IMG/VR virus record: IMGVR_UViG_3300045988_177154
Span: 160,001-224,000 of that record
Reading direction: 5' to 3' (one strand)
Length of the DNA: 64,000 nucleotides
Source: a virus
In this document: positions 17,318-28,253 of the stretch, one piece after another
Layout: the number at the start of each line of letters is the position of its first letter
Position numbering within the stretch: the first letter of the stretch is position 1
Notes under the pieces: model-generated
What the model saw: the letters and a program-made list of their open reading frames with translations, nothing else
Told to the model about the DNA's origin: nothing
The model's database searches: none
Position numbers and translations under genes: made by a program

Positions 17318-18424
17318 ATGAAATATAGTTACTCATACTATAATGAAGAAGATTTTGATACTTATGTTAAACAATTTGATAATTATTCTTTGCTTCAAAG
17401 TAGAGAATGGGGTGCAGTAAAAAGCCCTATATGGAAAAATAAAAAAGTTTTATTCTATGAAAATGAAAAAGTAGTAGGAACTGCCCTAATTCTTATTAGA
17501 GAAATTGCTTTTCATAAAAACTTTATCTACATTCCTTATGGGCCGCTTTTTGATTATTCTAATAAAGAATTATTTAACTTTGTAACAGAAAGCTTAAAGA
17601 AAATTGCTAAAGAAAATAAAGCAATTTTTGTAAAAGTAGTTCCACCTGTATTTGATGATAATTCTATTAGTGTCGATTTCAAAATTAACGGTTGGGTAGA
17701 AAATGTTACTGAAAAATCTTTTGATTCTATTCAACCAAAATTAAATGCTGTAATTAAAGATTTCAAAATGAGTAAAAGAATGAAACAAGAAAGACGAACA
17801 ACAGAAAATAAAAATGTACATTCTGTTTATTCTATTGACACTGAAGCTTCTTTTGAAACATTATTACATGATTTTTATTCTTTGACTAAATTAACTGAAA
17901 AAAGACAAGGTATTAAATTAAGAAATAAAGATTATTTCAGACAATTACTATATAGATACCCAAATTCATTCATTACTGTTTCTTATATTGATAAGGAAAA
18001 ACAAATTGCTAAATTAAATGAAGAATATAATAAATCAAATAGTGAAAAAGCTAAACAAGAATTAGAAAAACTTAAACATAATCAAGCTAAAAACATTCCG
18101 ATTTCAGGCACTCTTACTGTAATTTATGGAGATACGGCAGAATTACTCTATGCGGGATTTGACGATAATTTCAAATCATATAATTCTGCTTCTTATTCTT
18201 GGAGTAATTCTATTATGAAAGCTTTTGAGCTTAATCCTAATCTTAAATATGTAAATTTAGGTGGAGTAGAAAATGATGGGCACTTGCTAAACTTTAAAAA
18301 GAAATTCCACCCAGAGATTAGAACTTCTTGTAATGAATTTGATTTACCAATTAGTCCTTTATACTATTTATTCAAATTTGCTCTAAAACATAAGAAACTT
18401 ATTCTCAAATTTATCAAAAAATAA
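17318..18424 (+). CDS. FemAB/MurM-family aminoacyl-tRNA-dependent peptidoglycan branch peptide transferase
   Basis: N-terminal pattern F..YV.....LLQSREWGAVKS..W......Y.....VG.ALILIR.......IYIPYGP..DY, plus a central coiled-coil insert, as in FemX/MurM. Confidence 0.75.
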   Translation: MKYSYSYYNEEDFDTYVKQFDNYSLLQSREWGAVKSPIWKNKKVLFYENEKVVGTALILIREIAFHKNFIYIPYGPLFDYSNKELFNFVTESLKKIAKENKAIFVKVVPPVFDDNSISVDFKINGWVENVTEKSFDSIQPKLNAVIKDFKMSKRMKQERRTTENKNVHSVYSIDTEASFETLLHDFYSLTKLTEKRQGIKLRNKDYFRQLLYRYPNSFITVSYIDKEKQIAKLNEEYNKSNSEKAKQELEKLKHNQAKNIPISGTLTVIYGDTAELLYAGFDDNFKSYNSASYSWSNSIMKAFELNPNLKYVNLGGVENDGHLLNFKKKFHPEIRTSCNEFDLPISPLYYLFKFALKHKKLILKFIKK

Positions 18425-18563
18425 AATTACTTGATATAATATATAAAGAGGGGTTAACTACTACTCTTCTTTATATATTGATTGTCAATAAATTTAATCT
18501 TAATGGTTGCAAAATAAATTTATTTTTGATACAATATTTAAAATGATATTTTATAAACTTTTT

Positions 18564-18652
18564 GGAGAGGTACTCAAGTCTGGTTAAGAGGACGGTTTGC
18601 TAAGCCGTTAGGTCGTTAATTCGGCGCGTGGGTTCGAATCCCATCCTCTCCA
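18564..18652 (+). tRNA. tRNA-Ser (GCT), class II with a long variable arm
   Basis: GGAGAGG..anticodon loop TTGCTAA..variable arm..GTGGG-TTCGAAT-CCCAT..CCTCTCC-A. A TTGCAA-N17-TACAAT promoter lies upstream. Confidence 0.9.
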
Positions 18653-18696
18653 TATTTTATACATTAAAAAACTTTCAATAAGAAAGGAGCATAACT

Positions 18697-20611
<1,915 letters not shown>

Positions 20612-20644
20612 GAAAGCAGATTTATTGCTTTCCTTTCTTTGCAT

Positions 20645-20745
20645 AAAACGCAGTTTAGGACAGCTAGAGAACAGCTAATAAAATCATATACAAACTAACA
20701 TAAGTATTGCTCAAACAGCTTAGGAACAAACTACTGCTGTCTGAG
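20645..20745 (-). repeat. degenerate copy (R3) of the ctaagctgttt-containing repeat
   Basis: Its reverse complement contains cctaagctgtttgagcaata..., matching the left part of the dispersed repeat and R4. Confidence 0.5.
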
Positions 20746-20771
20746 TGCAAAATAGAAAGGGTTTTTAACTT

Positions 20772-21812
20772 ATGAATGAAGTAATTATACCAATCACACC
20801 AATTATGAAATTAAAAGCTTTTAATCAAGCAACTTTTATGAAAAATAGAAGTGGTAATAAAATCCAACAATACGGAAAAGATTATAGTAATTCAAGTGAG
20901 GAACAATCTTTTAATAATACCATTGTTGGTGAATTAGGAGAATTAGCTTTTAGAGAATATTTGAAAGATAATAATTTATATTACACTGATGATGAAAGAG
21001 AGTTAATTAACAAAGGGCATGATTACAATTCCCCTACCAAAAAATCTGATATGGGTGATTTCTTTTGTAGTAAAACTCAAGAAAGCATAGATTTAAAAAC
21101 AAACCATCTTTCATCAGGTAAGAATATTCTGATTAAGAAATGGGTACATGAATGGCGACCTATTGATTTCTATGTAAGTCTTTCAATTTATCCATTAAAT
21201 AGCTGTAAGTCAGAGTTTGATTTAAACAAAGTTACTCATGCAGTAATTCATGGTTATGTTTCAGGTGAGGAGTTTATGAAGAATGGGACTCAAATTACTG
21301 CTAAAGGATTTGGCTATCCTAGATATAAATTAAGACCTTTTTCAGAGTTATTCCCTAGATTTTATAAAACAAATGAATTACCAGTAACAAAAGAACAAAA
21401 GACTATTACTTTAGATGAATATAAAGAGCTTAACAAGCAAGAAAATATTGTAAATATATTCTTTACAGATAGTGTTCAATCTATTACTCATTGGGATATG
21501 AAATATGTATTAGACGAGCAACAAAGATTAGAAATTACTGTTTATAAGAATATAAAGCATTATGATAGGCACAAAAAGATAAAAATAAACAATAGAAATA
21601 TTTTTTGTACTATTATAAATAAAGATAATACTATTGATGTACAAATGTTAATTAGAGCTTTGCGAAGAACTTCTGCTATGGCTGAATTAAACGGGTACAA
21701 ATTAGTTATTCCTTGGTACAAATTAAAAGAAATTGTAGACCCTTATGACTTAGAATTAGTCGATTATTACTTGAAAGATTTTTCATGGATAAAGGTTGAT
21801 ATAGAGAACTAA
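20772..21812 (+). CDS. hypothetical protein, possible PD-(D/E)XK-like nuclease N-terminal domain
   Basis: GELGELAFREYL ... DMGDFF ... ESIDLKT resembles G.xGE...D...(D/E)xK. Weak, motif-level evidence only. Confidence 0.35.
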   Translation: MNEVIIPITPIMKLKAFNQATFMKNRSGNKIQQYGKDYSNSSEEQSFNNTIVGELGELAFREYLKDNNLYYTDDERELINKGHDYNSPTKKSDMGDFFCSKTQESIDLKTNHLSSGKNILIKKWVHEWRPIDFYVSLSIYPLNSCKSEFDLNKVTHAVIHGYVSGEEFMKNGTQITAKGFGYPRYKLRPFSELFPRFYKTNELPVTKEQKTITLDEYKELNKQENIVNIFFTDSVQSITHWDMKYVLDEQQRLEITVYKNIKHYDRHKKIKINNRNIFCTIINKDNTIDVQMLIRALRRTSAMAELNGYKLVIPWYKLKEIVDPYDLELVDYYLKDFSWIKVDIEN

Positions 21813-21825
21813 AAAGGAGTAAACA

Positions 21826-22635
21826 ATGGCTTATCATGTATCATCTAAAGGAATTTTGACTGTATGTAAAGCCCAACCAGGTAAATGCCCATTGGGTGGT
21901 AAACATTTTGAAAATGAATCCGCGGGAATGGAATACTTAGACAATCTAAATAACAAAGAAAGCTTAATCGAAAAATTCAAAAATGCTCCAACACCAGGTG
22001 CTAGAATAAGATTAAGAAAAGAAATTAGATTATTAAATCAAGCATTAGGCTTAGAAGATGATGCCGATATTCCAGCTCCTCAACCGTCAAAAGAACAACT
22101 AGAAAGAGAAAGACGAATTAAGGAAAGAGAAATAGAAGAAGCTAAAAAAGAAAAAGAAATGGCCGAGAACTTAAAAGAATTTGAAAATAAAGAGTTCTTA
22201 TCTATTCCAAAAAATATAGAAAATTTAAGAAGTAATTATTTATTTAAAGAAAATTATTTCTCTCGTCAAGCTATGTATAAATCAACTTATAGGGGCGAAC
22301 AGAGTAGAGAAAATAGAGACCATAATACAGGTACTGCTATGTATGGCCAAGGAAGATACTCTACTACAAATAGAAAATACGCTTCAAAATTTGGAGAAGT
22401 CAGAACCGTTGATTATGAAGAAATGCCATCTAAACCTCTATCATTCAAAAATGCGACTGCTTTTGAAATGTTTGAACAAGAACTTGCAAGAGAACATAAC
22501 ATAGATAAAAGGCATATGTACCGTAATCAAGATTTATCAGAAATTATTAAAAAGATGGGCTATAATGGAGTAACAATTGGGCCTAAATCGGATATGGTTA
22601 TTGTTTCTTATGAGACTAAAATGAAAAATACTTAA
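21826..22635 (+). CDS. HCCH-module family protein 3, with a possible ADP-ribosyltransferase-like C-terminal domain
   Basis: N-terminus AYHVSSKGILTVCKAQPGKCPLGGKHFEN. The C-terminus has YRG ... YSTT ... EQE in the order and spacing of an R-S-E ART triad. Motif-level evidence only. Confidence 0.6.
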   Translation: MAYHVSSKGILTVCKAQPGKCPLGGKHFENESAGMEYLDNLNNKESLIEKFKNAPTPGARIRLRKEIRLLNQALGLEDDADIPAPQPSKEQLERERRIKEREIEEAKKEKEMAENLKEFENKEFLSIPKNIENLRSNYLFKENYFSRQAMYKSTYRGEQSRENRDHNTGTAMYGQGRYSTTNRKYASKFGEVRTVDYEEMPSKPLSFKNATAFEMFEQELAREHNIDKRHMYRNQDLSEIIKKMGYNGVTIGPKSDMVIVSYETKMKNT

Positions 22636-22692
22636 ATATAAATTAAAAGTTATTTAGCTTATCCTAAATAACTTTTTTATATTTAGAAAGGA

Positions 22693-22775
22693 GTCTAAGC
22701 TGTTTTATATATAGGCAATAAAAACTATCATATATTACCGTAAACTGTCTTAGCTGCTGTTTTAACAACAGCTAA
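22693..22775 (+). repeat. degenerate copy (R4) of the ctaagctgttt-containing repeat
   Basis: gtctaagctgttttatatataggcaataa...; inverted relative to R3. Confidence 0.5.
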
Positions 22776-22890
22776 TATGATTTTAAAGTAACACCTTATC
22801 TTTATTAAATATTGATAGTTTAACTATAATATAAAAACCTAAAATAAAAGAATAATATAAATAAAAGAAGAAATTTAAAAGGAGTACAAA

Positions 22891-23835
22891 TTGGATAATA
22901 AATATGATGTAATTATTATTGGTGGTGGCCCTGCTGGATTAAGTGCGGCTTTATACACTTCTAGAGCTAATTTAAAAGTTCTTGTTATTGAAAAGAATAT
23001 AATTGCTTCTCAATTGTACGAAACAGAACATATTGATAATTACTTAGGTAGTGTTTCCACAAAAGCGGCCGAATTAGCAGACAAAATGAGAGAAGATGGT
23101 GCTAAATTCGGAGCAGAATTAAAAGAATTTGAAAATGTAACTAAAATTAGTAAAGAAAATAATTTATATAAAGTAGAAACAACTGAAACTTATGACGAAA
23201 GTGTTCAAAACACTTATTATGCAAAAGCTGTTCTATTAGCAACAGGTACAGAACATAATCATTTAATTCTTGAGCAACATGATGAGTTATTAGGCATGGG
23301 AATTAGTTATTGTGCTACTTGTGATGGTGCTTTCTATGCTGGTAAGAATACAGCAGTAATTGGTGGCGGAGATAGTGCAATGGAATCAGCATTATTACTA
23401 TCTGAATTTGCTAATAAAGTTTATCTTTTAATTAGAGATAAAGTTAGAGCAAAATCACATTTACTTAAAATGGTTGAAGAAACAGAAAATATTGAAATTA
23501 TATATAATGAAGTAACAGAGCTTATTAGTGAAAACAATACTTTAAAAGCTGTTAAACTAAAAGATAATACGATTCTTGAAGTATCAGGTTTATTCCCTGC
23601 AATTGGAGCAAGCCCTAATACTAATTATATTGATTCTCTATATTTAAACAATGTTGAGAAATTCAATGATTATCTATTACCTGTTACCACCCATAACTTA
23701 TTAACGTATCATAATGGTAATGGATTGTTTATTGCTGGAGACTTGAAAAATCCAAAATATAGACAAGTTGCTATTGCAGTAGGAGAGGGGGCTTATGCAG
23801 CTTTAGAAATCTATGATTATCTAAAAGGAGTATAA
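22891..23835 (+). CDS. trxB: thioredoxin-disulfide reductase
   Basis: GGGPAGLSAALY, redox-active CATCDG, GGGDSAMESA. TTG start 6 nt after AAGGAG. Confidence 0.9.
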   Translation: MDNKYDVIIIGGGPAGLSAALYTSRANLKVLVIEKNIIASQLYETEHIDNYLGSVSTKAAELADKMREDGAKFGAELKEFENVTKISKENNLYKVETTETYDESVQNTYYAKAVLLATGTEHNHLILEQHDELLGMGISYCATCDGAFYAGKNTAVIGGGDSAMESALLLSEFANKVYLLIRDKVRAKSHLLKMVEETENIEIIYNEVTELISENNTLKAVKLKDNTILEVSGLFPAIGASPNTNYIDSLYLNNVEKFNDYLLPVTTHNLLTYHNGNGLFIAGDLKNPKYRQVAIAVGEGAYAALEIYDYLKGV

Positions 23836-23840
23836 GCTTC

Positions 23841-24323
23841 ATGAATGGAATTGTTAAAAATGAATATACTGAAATTCAAAAGTATTTTGATGATTACTAT
23901 AAAGAACAATTAGAAAAATATGAAGAGTTGAAGTATTATGATAATTACTTATTTACGAACATTGAGGACGAACCAATTTATTGGGGATTTGGTATTATTG
24001 TTCTAATATTAGTTAGTATAATAGCTGACAAGTCTCAATATGAATTTTGGAACTATGTGTTTTTTGCAGTTTTAGGAATTTTTATTTTATTCACAATTTT
24101 AATATTCTTCAAAGCTGTATTTTGGAATTATGAGTTTAAAAAATCTAAAAAGACTTTCTTTAAACATTATTATAAATCTAAAAATATTAGAACAGTAACA
24201 AGATATTTAGGTGTTAATAAATCAGATTTGCTTTTTAATGAAGATTATATTATAATCGGTCTTAATATTAAAGATGAAAAACAACTAAATAAACTAGAAA
24301 GAGAACTTAAAAATGGAAAATAA
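23841..24323 (+). CDS. tandem-paralog 2-TM protein, member 1 of 5
   Basis: Same architecture as the next four ORFs: conserved N-terminal segment of about 35 aa, two TM segments, and a conserved C-terminal segment. Confidence 0.6.
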   Translation: MNGIVKNEYTEIQKYFDDYYKEQLEKYEELKYYDNYLFTNIEDEPIYWGFGIIVLILVSIIADKSQYEFWNYVFFAVLGIFILFTILIFFKAVFWNYEFKKSKKTFFKHYYKSKNIRTVTRYLGVNKSDLLFNEDYIIIGLNIKDEKQLNKLERELKNGK

Positions 24324-24873
24324 TTTAGTAGAACTTAAATACGATAAAGTAAATGAATATTTTGAGAATTTCAAGAAGAAATATACAAGTAATTATGAAG
24401 AAAACAAAACAAAAGGCTATCGTACTGTAATTCCTTATCGTATGTTAATCAGTCCCACTATTATGAGTGTAATTAGTATCGTTGTTGCTTATGTAACAAA
24501 TACTATATTATCAGATTTACCAAAAATAAACTCGAATGATACAGCTGGGGCAATATATAGTATATATGAAGTTTTAGTATCATGGATATTTCCAGTAATG
24601 ATTCTTACTTCATTATCTCACCTTTTAGTAACTTTTGTTAGAATGGGGTTCAATTCTTATGACGTACCTATTTCTTACAAAAAAATAGACTACTATAATA
24701 AAATCAAAACAAGAATGTTAAATGAGATACAAACAGATTTAAACACTCCAATTACAGAGAATATGCTTATTTTAGATGCAAATGGGTTGATTGTTGCTCC
24801 TAATCTAAGTAATAATGAAAACAAAAAGATTTTTGGAGAAATAGAAAGGAATCTTAAAACAAGTGAAAAATGA
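24313..24873 (+). CDS. tandem-paralog 2-TM protein, member 2 of 5
   Basis: MENNLVELKYDKVNEYF...ITENMLILDANGLIVAPNLSNNENKKIFGEIERNL; overlaps both neighbours. Confidence 0.65.
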   Translation: MENNLVELKYDKVNEYFENFKKKYTSNYEENKTKGYRTVIPYRMLISPTIMSVISIVVAYVTNTILSDLPKINSNDTAGAIYSIYEVLVSWIFPVMILTSLSHLLVTFVRMGFNSYDVPISYKKIDYYNKIKTRMLNEIQTDLNTPITENMLILDANGLIVAPNLSNNENKKIFGEIERNLKTSEK

Positions 24874-25432
24874 TTTAGTAGAACTAAAACTTGATAGAAT
24901 TGACCGCTATTTTGAAAAATTTAAAACAAAATATAAACTTCATTATGAACTTAATAAAACAAATAAGACACATTTGGTATTACCTTATCAGAAGTTAATA
25001 ATGCCTGTAATATTTATTTTTATTGGTATTATTACTTTTCTTATGACTCGTGTTATATATTGGCAAATAAGCAATTTTTCATCTAGCATGACATTATCAA
25101 GTTTTAATGAAGCTGCAATGTTGCTCATAAATATTTTATCTATTGTTTTATTGGGTGTACTCTCACTTTTGATTGTGACTCATCTTATTGACTTTTTTAA
25201 AAATATTCATAAAGAAACTATTGAATATACGAAAAAAGAATACTACAACAAAATTAAATCTATTATGATTGAGCAAATCCAATCAGAATTAAGTAATCTA
25301 ATTACTGAAGATATGCTTACATTTGATTTAGATGGGTTAATTATAGCTCCAAACTTAAATACTAATGAAAATATAAAGTTATTTAAAGAAATAGAAAGGG
25401 ATTTAAAGTTAAATGAGCAACAATCTCATTGA
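24863..25432 (+). CDS. tandem-paralog 2-TM protein, member 3 of 5
   Basis: MKNDLVELKLDRIDRYF...ITEDMLTFDLDGLIIAPNLNTNENIKLFKEIERDL. Confidence 0.65.
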   Translation: MKNDLVELKLDRIDRYFEKFKTKYKLHYELNKTNKTHLVLPYQKLIMPVIFIFIGIITFLMTRVIYWQISNFSSSMTLSSFNEAAMLLINILSIVLLGVLSLLIVTHLIDFFKNIHKETIEYTKKEYYNKIKSIMIEQIQSELSNLITEDMLTFDLDGLIIAPNLNTNENIKLFKEIERDLKLNEQQSH

Positions 25433-25997
25433 GCTCAAATATGATAGAGTCAAAGGATTCTTTGATGAAATGATAGCTAAATATGAAGTTGAGTATCAAA
25501 ATAATAAAACAACAACTGAAAAAATATATGTTAGTAATGTTAGAAGAGTATTAGAGTCTATCCTAATTATTTTTATTATGATTGCTTTTTGTGGGGGGCT
25601 AATTTGGTTCATAAAGAGTGGCTCCAATTACACTAAGACTGAATTTACAGATAAATTTATTAAGGTAATAGATGAAGATGTAATTCCATTATTAGCACCA
25701 TTTGTTGGTATTATTTTTGTTGGTTTGATAAATATTAAACTAATGAAAGTCATTCTTGGAATAAGGCCTAACAATGAAACAAGAACAATAACAAAAACTC
25801 TATCAAAAAAGAAATATTTCACCAAAATCAAAGCAGATATGCTCTATTACGTTAGATACAATTTAAGTTATTCCATTACAGAAAATATGCTTATCTTTGA
25901 TAAATATGGTATGATAATTGGGCCCGACTTAAGTACTAATGAAAACAAGAAAATATTTGGCGAAGTAGAGCATAAATTGGAGCAAAAGAATGAATAA
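25413..25997 (+). CDS. tandem-paralog 2-TM protein, member 4 of 5
   Basis: MSNNLIELKYDRVKGFF...ITENMLIFDKYGMIIGPDLSTNENKKIFGEVEHKL. Confidence 0.65.
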   Translation: MSNNLIELKYDRVKGFFDEMIAKYEVEYQNNKTTTEKIYVSNVRRVLESILIIFIMIAFCGGLIWFIKSGSNYTKTEFTDKFIKVIDEDVIPLLAPFVGIIFVGLINIKLMKVILGIRPNNETRTITKTLSKKKYFTKIKADMLYYVRYNLSYSITENMLIFDKYGMIIGPDLSTNENKKIFGEVEHKLEQKNE

Positions 25998-26508
25998 TAT
26001 AGTAGAATTTGGTTACCCTAATTTAGATAACTACTTTAAGGATTTGTTAGAAATCCAAAAGAAAAAATATGAAGTAAAAAAAGAGAAATGGCAAAATCAT
26101 TTTAAGGAATTTTTCTCTAAAGCTATTCCAGTTGTAATAAGCATGATTATTGTTTCAATCTTAAATCATTTAATAACTTTAGATTATCCTAATGCTGTTA
26201 AATTGATTCTTGTTATAGGTGATGTTATATCAGCTATTTATGTTTTTGTGAATGGTTTTGTTTTCCTATTTCATCTTCCATTATTCTTTATTTCTTCATA
26301 TGTTGTATTTAAAGAGATAGCAAATTACAAAAGCTATAACGAACGAGAAACACTTAGAACAATTAAAGATGATTTAGATGTTTATTTAAATAGCTCAAAC
26401 GTTATTATCAATTCTAAGGGCTTCATAACCGATTTAAAACGTGATGATAAAGAGCTCTGTCAAAAAATAGAAGAACATTTAAAAACAAACAAAAAAGAAG
26501 TTATTTAG
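25990..26508 (+). CDS. tandem-paralog 2-TM protein, member 5 of 5 (divergent)
   Basis: MNNIVEFGYPNLDNYF...INSKGFITDLKRDDKELCQKIEEHL. Confidence 0.6.
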   Translation: MNNIVEFGYPNLDNYFKDLLEIQKKKYEVKKEKWQNHFKEFFSKAIPVVISMIIVSILNHLITLDYPNAVKLILVIGDVISAIYVFVNGFVFLFHLPLFFISSYVVFKEIANYKSYNERETLRTIKDDLDVYLNSSNVIINSKGFITDLKRDDKELCQKIEEHLKTNKKEVI

Positions 26509-26532
26509 CTTTTGCTAAATGACTTTTTTAAT

Positions 26533-26646
26533 AACGCTTACTGCTGTTTTAAGCTGTTTTTATGAAGAGTCGATATATTTATCAAAAATAGATTTTTACT
26601 GTTTTAGCGTCTTACTAGTGACGATATAACATATACTAAAATGAAT
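26533..26646 (+). repeat. dispersed intergenic repeat, copy R5
   Basis: gctgttttaagctgtttt, TCGATATATTTATCAA (26570-26585), actgttttagcg, tgacgatataac. Confidence 0.8.
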
Positions 26647-26673
26647 TAGAGCAAATTAAAAGAGAGGTATAAA

Positions 26674-27024
26674 ATGCCATTGCCAAAAAGAAATCCAAAA
26701 TTACCTGATTTAGAAGAAATGAATCAAGGTGAAATCAATATTAGAGAAACTGAACGCTGGAAAAAATTATATATGAGATTGATTGATTCCAAAAAAGCAA
26801 TGAGAGGCTCTGCTAAAGATAAAGAAGAAACGTATAAACAGATGATTGATAAATTATATGGTGAACCACCTGTAGAGCAAAGTAATATTATGGGTGGAGT
26901 TCATTCATTTATGAATCCTAACTTCAAATATACTAATGATGATGAGGACCCCGAAACTCAACGTTTAATTGCAGAAGCAAGAGCAAAACGAATTGAAAGA
27001 GAAATAGCAGAAGGCTTACGATAA
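26674..27024 (+). CDS. hypothetical small protein, paralogous to 33497-33739
   Basis: Shared W-K-x-L-Y ... Y-K-Q-x-I-D-x-L-Y-G-E ... M-G pattern. Confidence 0.5.
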   Translation: MPLPKRNPKLPDLEEMNQGEINIRETERWKKLYMRLIDSKKAMRGSAKDKEETYKQMIDKLYGEPPVEQSNIMGGVHSFMNPNFKYTNDDEDPETQRLIAEARAKRIEREIAEGLR

Positions 27025-27039
27025 TAGGAGAGATTACAA

Positions 27040-27831
27040 ATGACTAAAACAAATATTTTATCTATGGAAACTCCTAGTGATGTAAATGCTAAACTAATGG
27101 AAGTAACAGAAAATTTCCTAAAGAATGATAGGCATTACTTTGGAATAGCAGCTGCTTCATTACAGAATCAATTAGACGACCCGAAATACAAACAATTCAA
27201 TCCAAATATTAAACTTATCAATGCTGGTATTGATGGTGAAAAGAAAACTTCACAAATACTTAGAGAATGGATTGCAGATAAACCTGATTGTATTTTGATT
27301 GATAGCATTTCTTTACCAATTGAAGAAAAAATGGAGCCAGAAATTGATGGTGAAGAGGGACAACTAGACTTAGGTGATACAGACCATTTACTTATTATTG
27401 GCTCAACACTTGTTATCATTGACTCAAAGAACTGGAAATCAAAAGCTTCTTATAAGTTCAATGATGATGGTTCAATCCTACGCTCAGGAAAAGAGTTCCC
27501 TGGTAATAGACCAAGAATAAATCAAGCTCGTTACTTATGGGAAAAATATTATAGTAATACAACAATTGCAGATATTGAAGCTTTTGTTTGTATCTCGGCT
27601 GACGGAAATACATTCATTCAACGAGACCGAAATTGGTGGAAATTTGGGTATAAATTAGTAAATCAAGAAACACTGATTTACTTCTTAGATAAGTTATATT
27701 CTCAAATTTCAGATAAAGGATATGTAAGACCTGAATTAGTAGCAAAAGCTCTAAAAGGATTAACTAAACCTTATAATAAATATAAAGAGAAATTCGGTAA
27801 TGTGTACAACTTAGCAACTGCTAAAAAATAA
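27040..27831 (+). CDS. NERD-domain (nuclease-related) protein
   Basis: GEKKTSQILREW....DCILIDSISLP.....DHLLIIGSTLVIIDSKNWKS matches the NERD pattern. Confidence 0.6.
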   Translation: MTKTNILSMETPSDVNAKLMEVTENFLKNDRHYFGIAAASLQNQLDDPKYKQFNPNIKLINAGIDGEKKTSQILREWIADKPDCILIDSISLPIEEKMEPEIDGEEGQLDLGDTDHLLIIGSTLVIIDSKNWKSKASYKFNDDGSILRSGKEFPGNRPRINQARYLWEKYYSNTTIADIEAFVCISADGNTFIQRDRNWWKFGYKLVNQETLIYFLDKLYSQISDKGYVRPELVAKALKGLTKPYNKYKEKFGNVYNLATAKK

Positions 27832-27846
27832 GAATAGTCAAATTGA

Positions 27847-28236
27847 CTATTCTTTTTCTTTTTCTTGAGTTTTCTTAATGAAATCAATAGCATGATAGAG
27901 AATTTCCATAGGTGAGCCACATAAAGCCCCTAGATTATAGACAATTCCATTTTCAAAGCAATAATCTTCATCAATGACTTCCCTTAATTCAATAAGCAAA
28001 TTCTCAAATTCTTTACTTTTAAATTCTGAGGGAATATCTTCTCGAGCACTGTACAAAAATTCTTTTTCCTCAATAGGATAAACTCTATCACCGTTAATTT
28101 CTAAAAGATTTGCTTTTGTATCTGGGTAAAAGCCAATTAAAAACGTACCATCTTTTGTTTCTTTTATAACAGCACCTTCAATAGCAACACGTTGTCCTTT
28201 TTTAAGATTTTTCTTGTAAATATAAGGATATACCAT
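27847..28236 (-). CDS. hypothetical protein
   Basis: Co-oriented with 28254-29063; the terminator overlaps the stop. Confidence 0.45.
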   Translation of the reverse strand: MVYPYIYKKNLKKGQRVAIEGAVIKETKDGTFLIGFYPDTKANLLEINGDRVYPIEEKEFLYSAREDIPSEFKSKEFENLLIELREVIDEDYCFENGIVYNLGALCGSPMEILYHAIDFIKKTQEKEKE

Positions 28237-28253
28237 AAATTACCTCAAATTTT

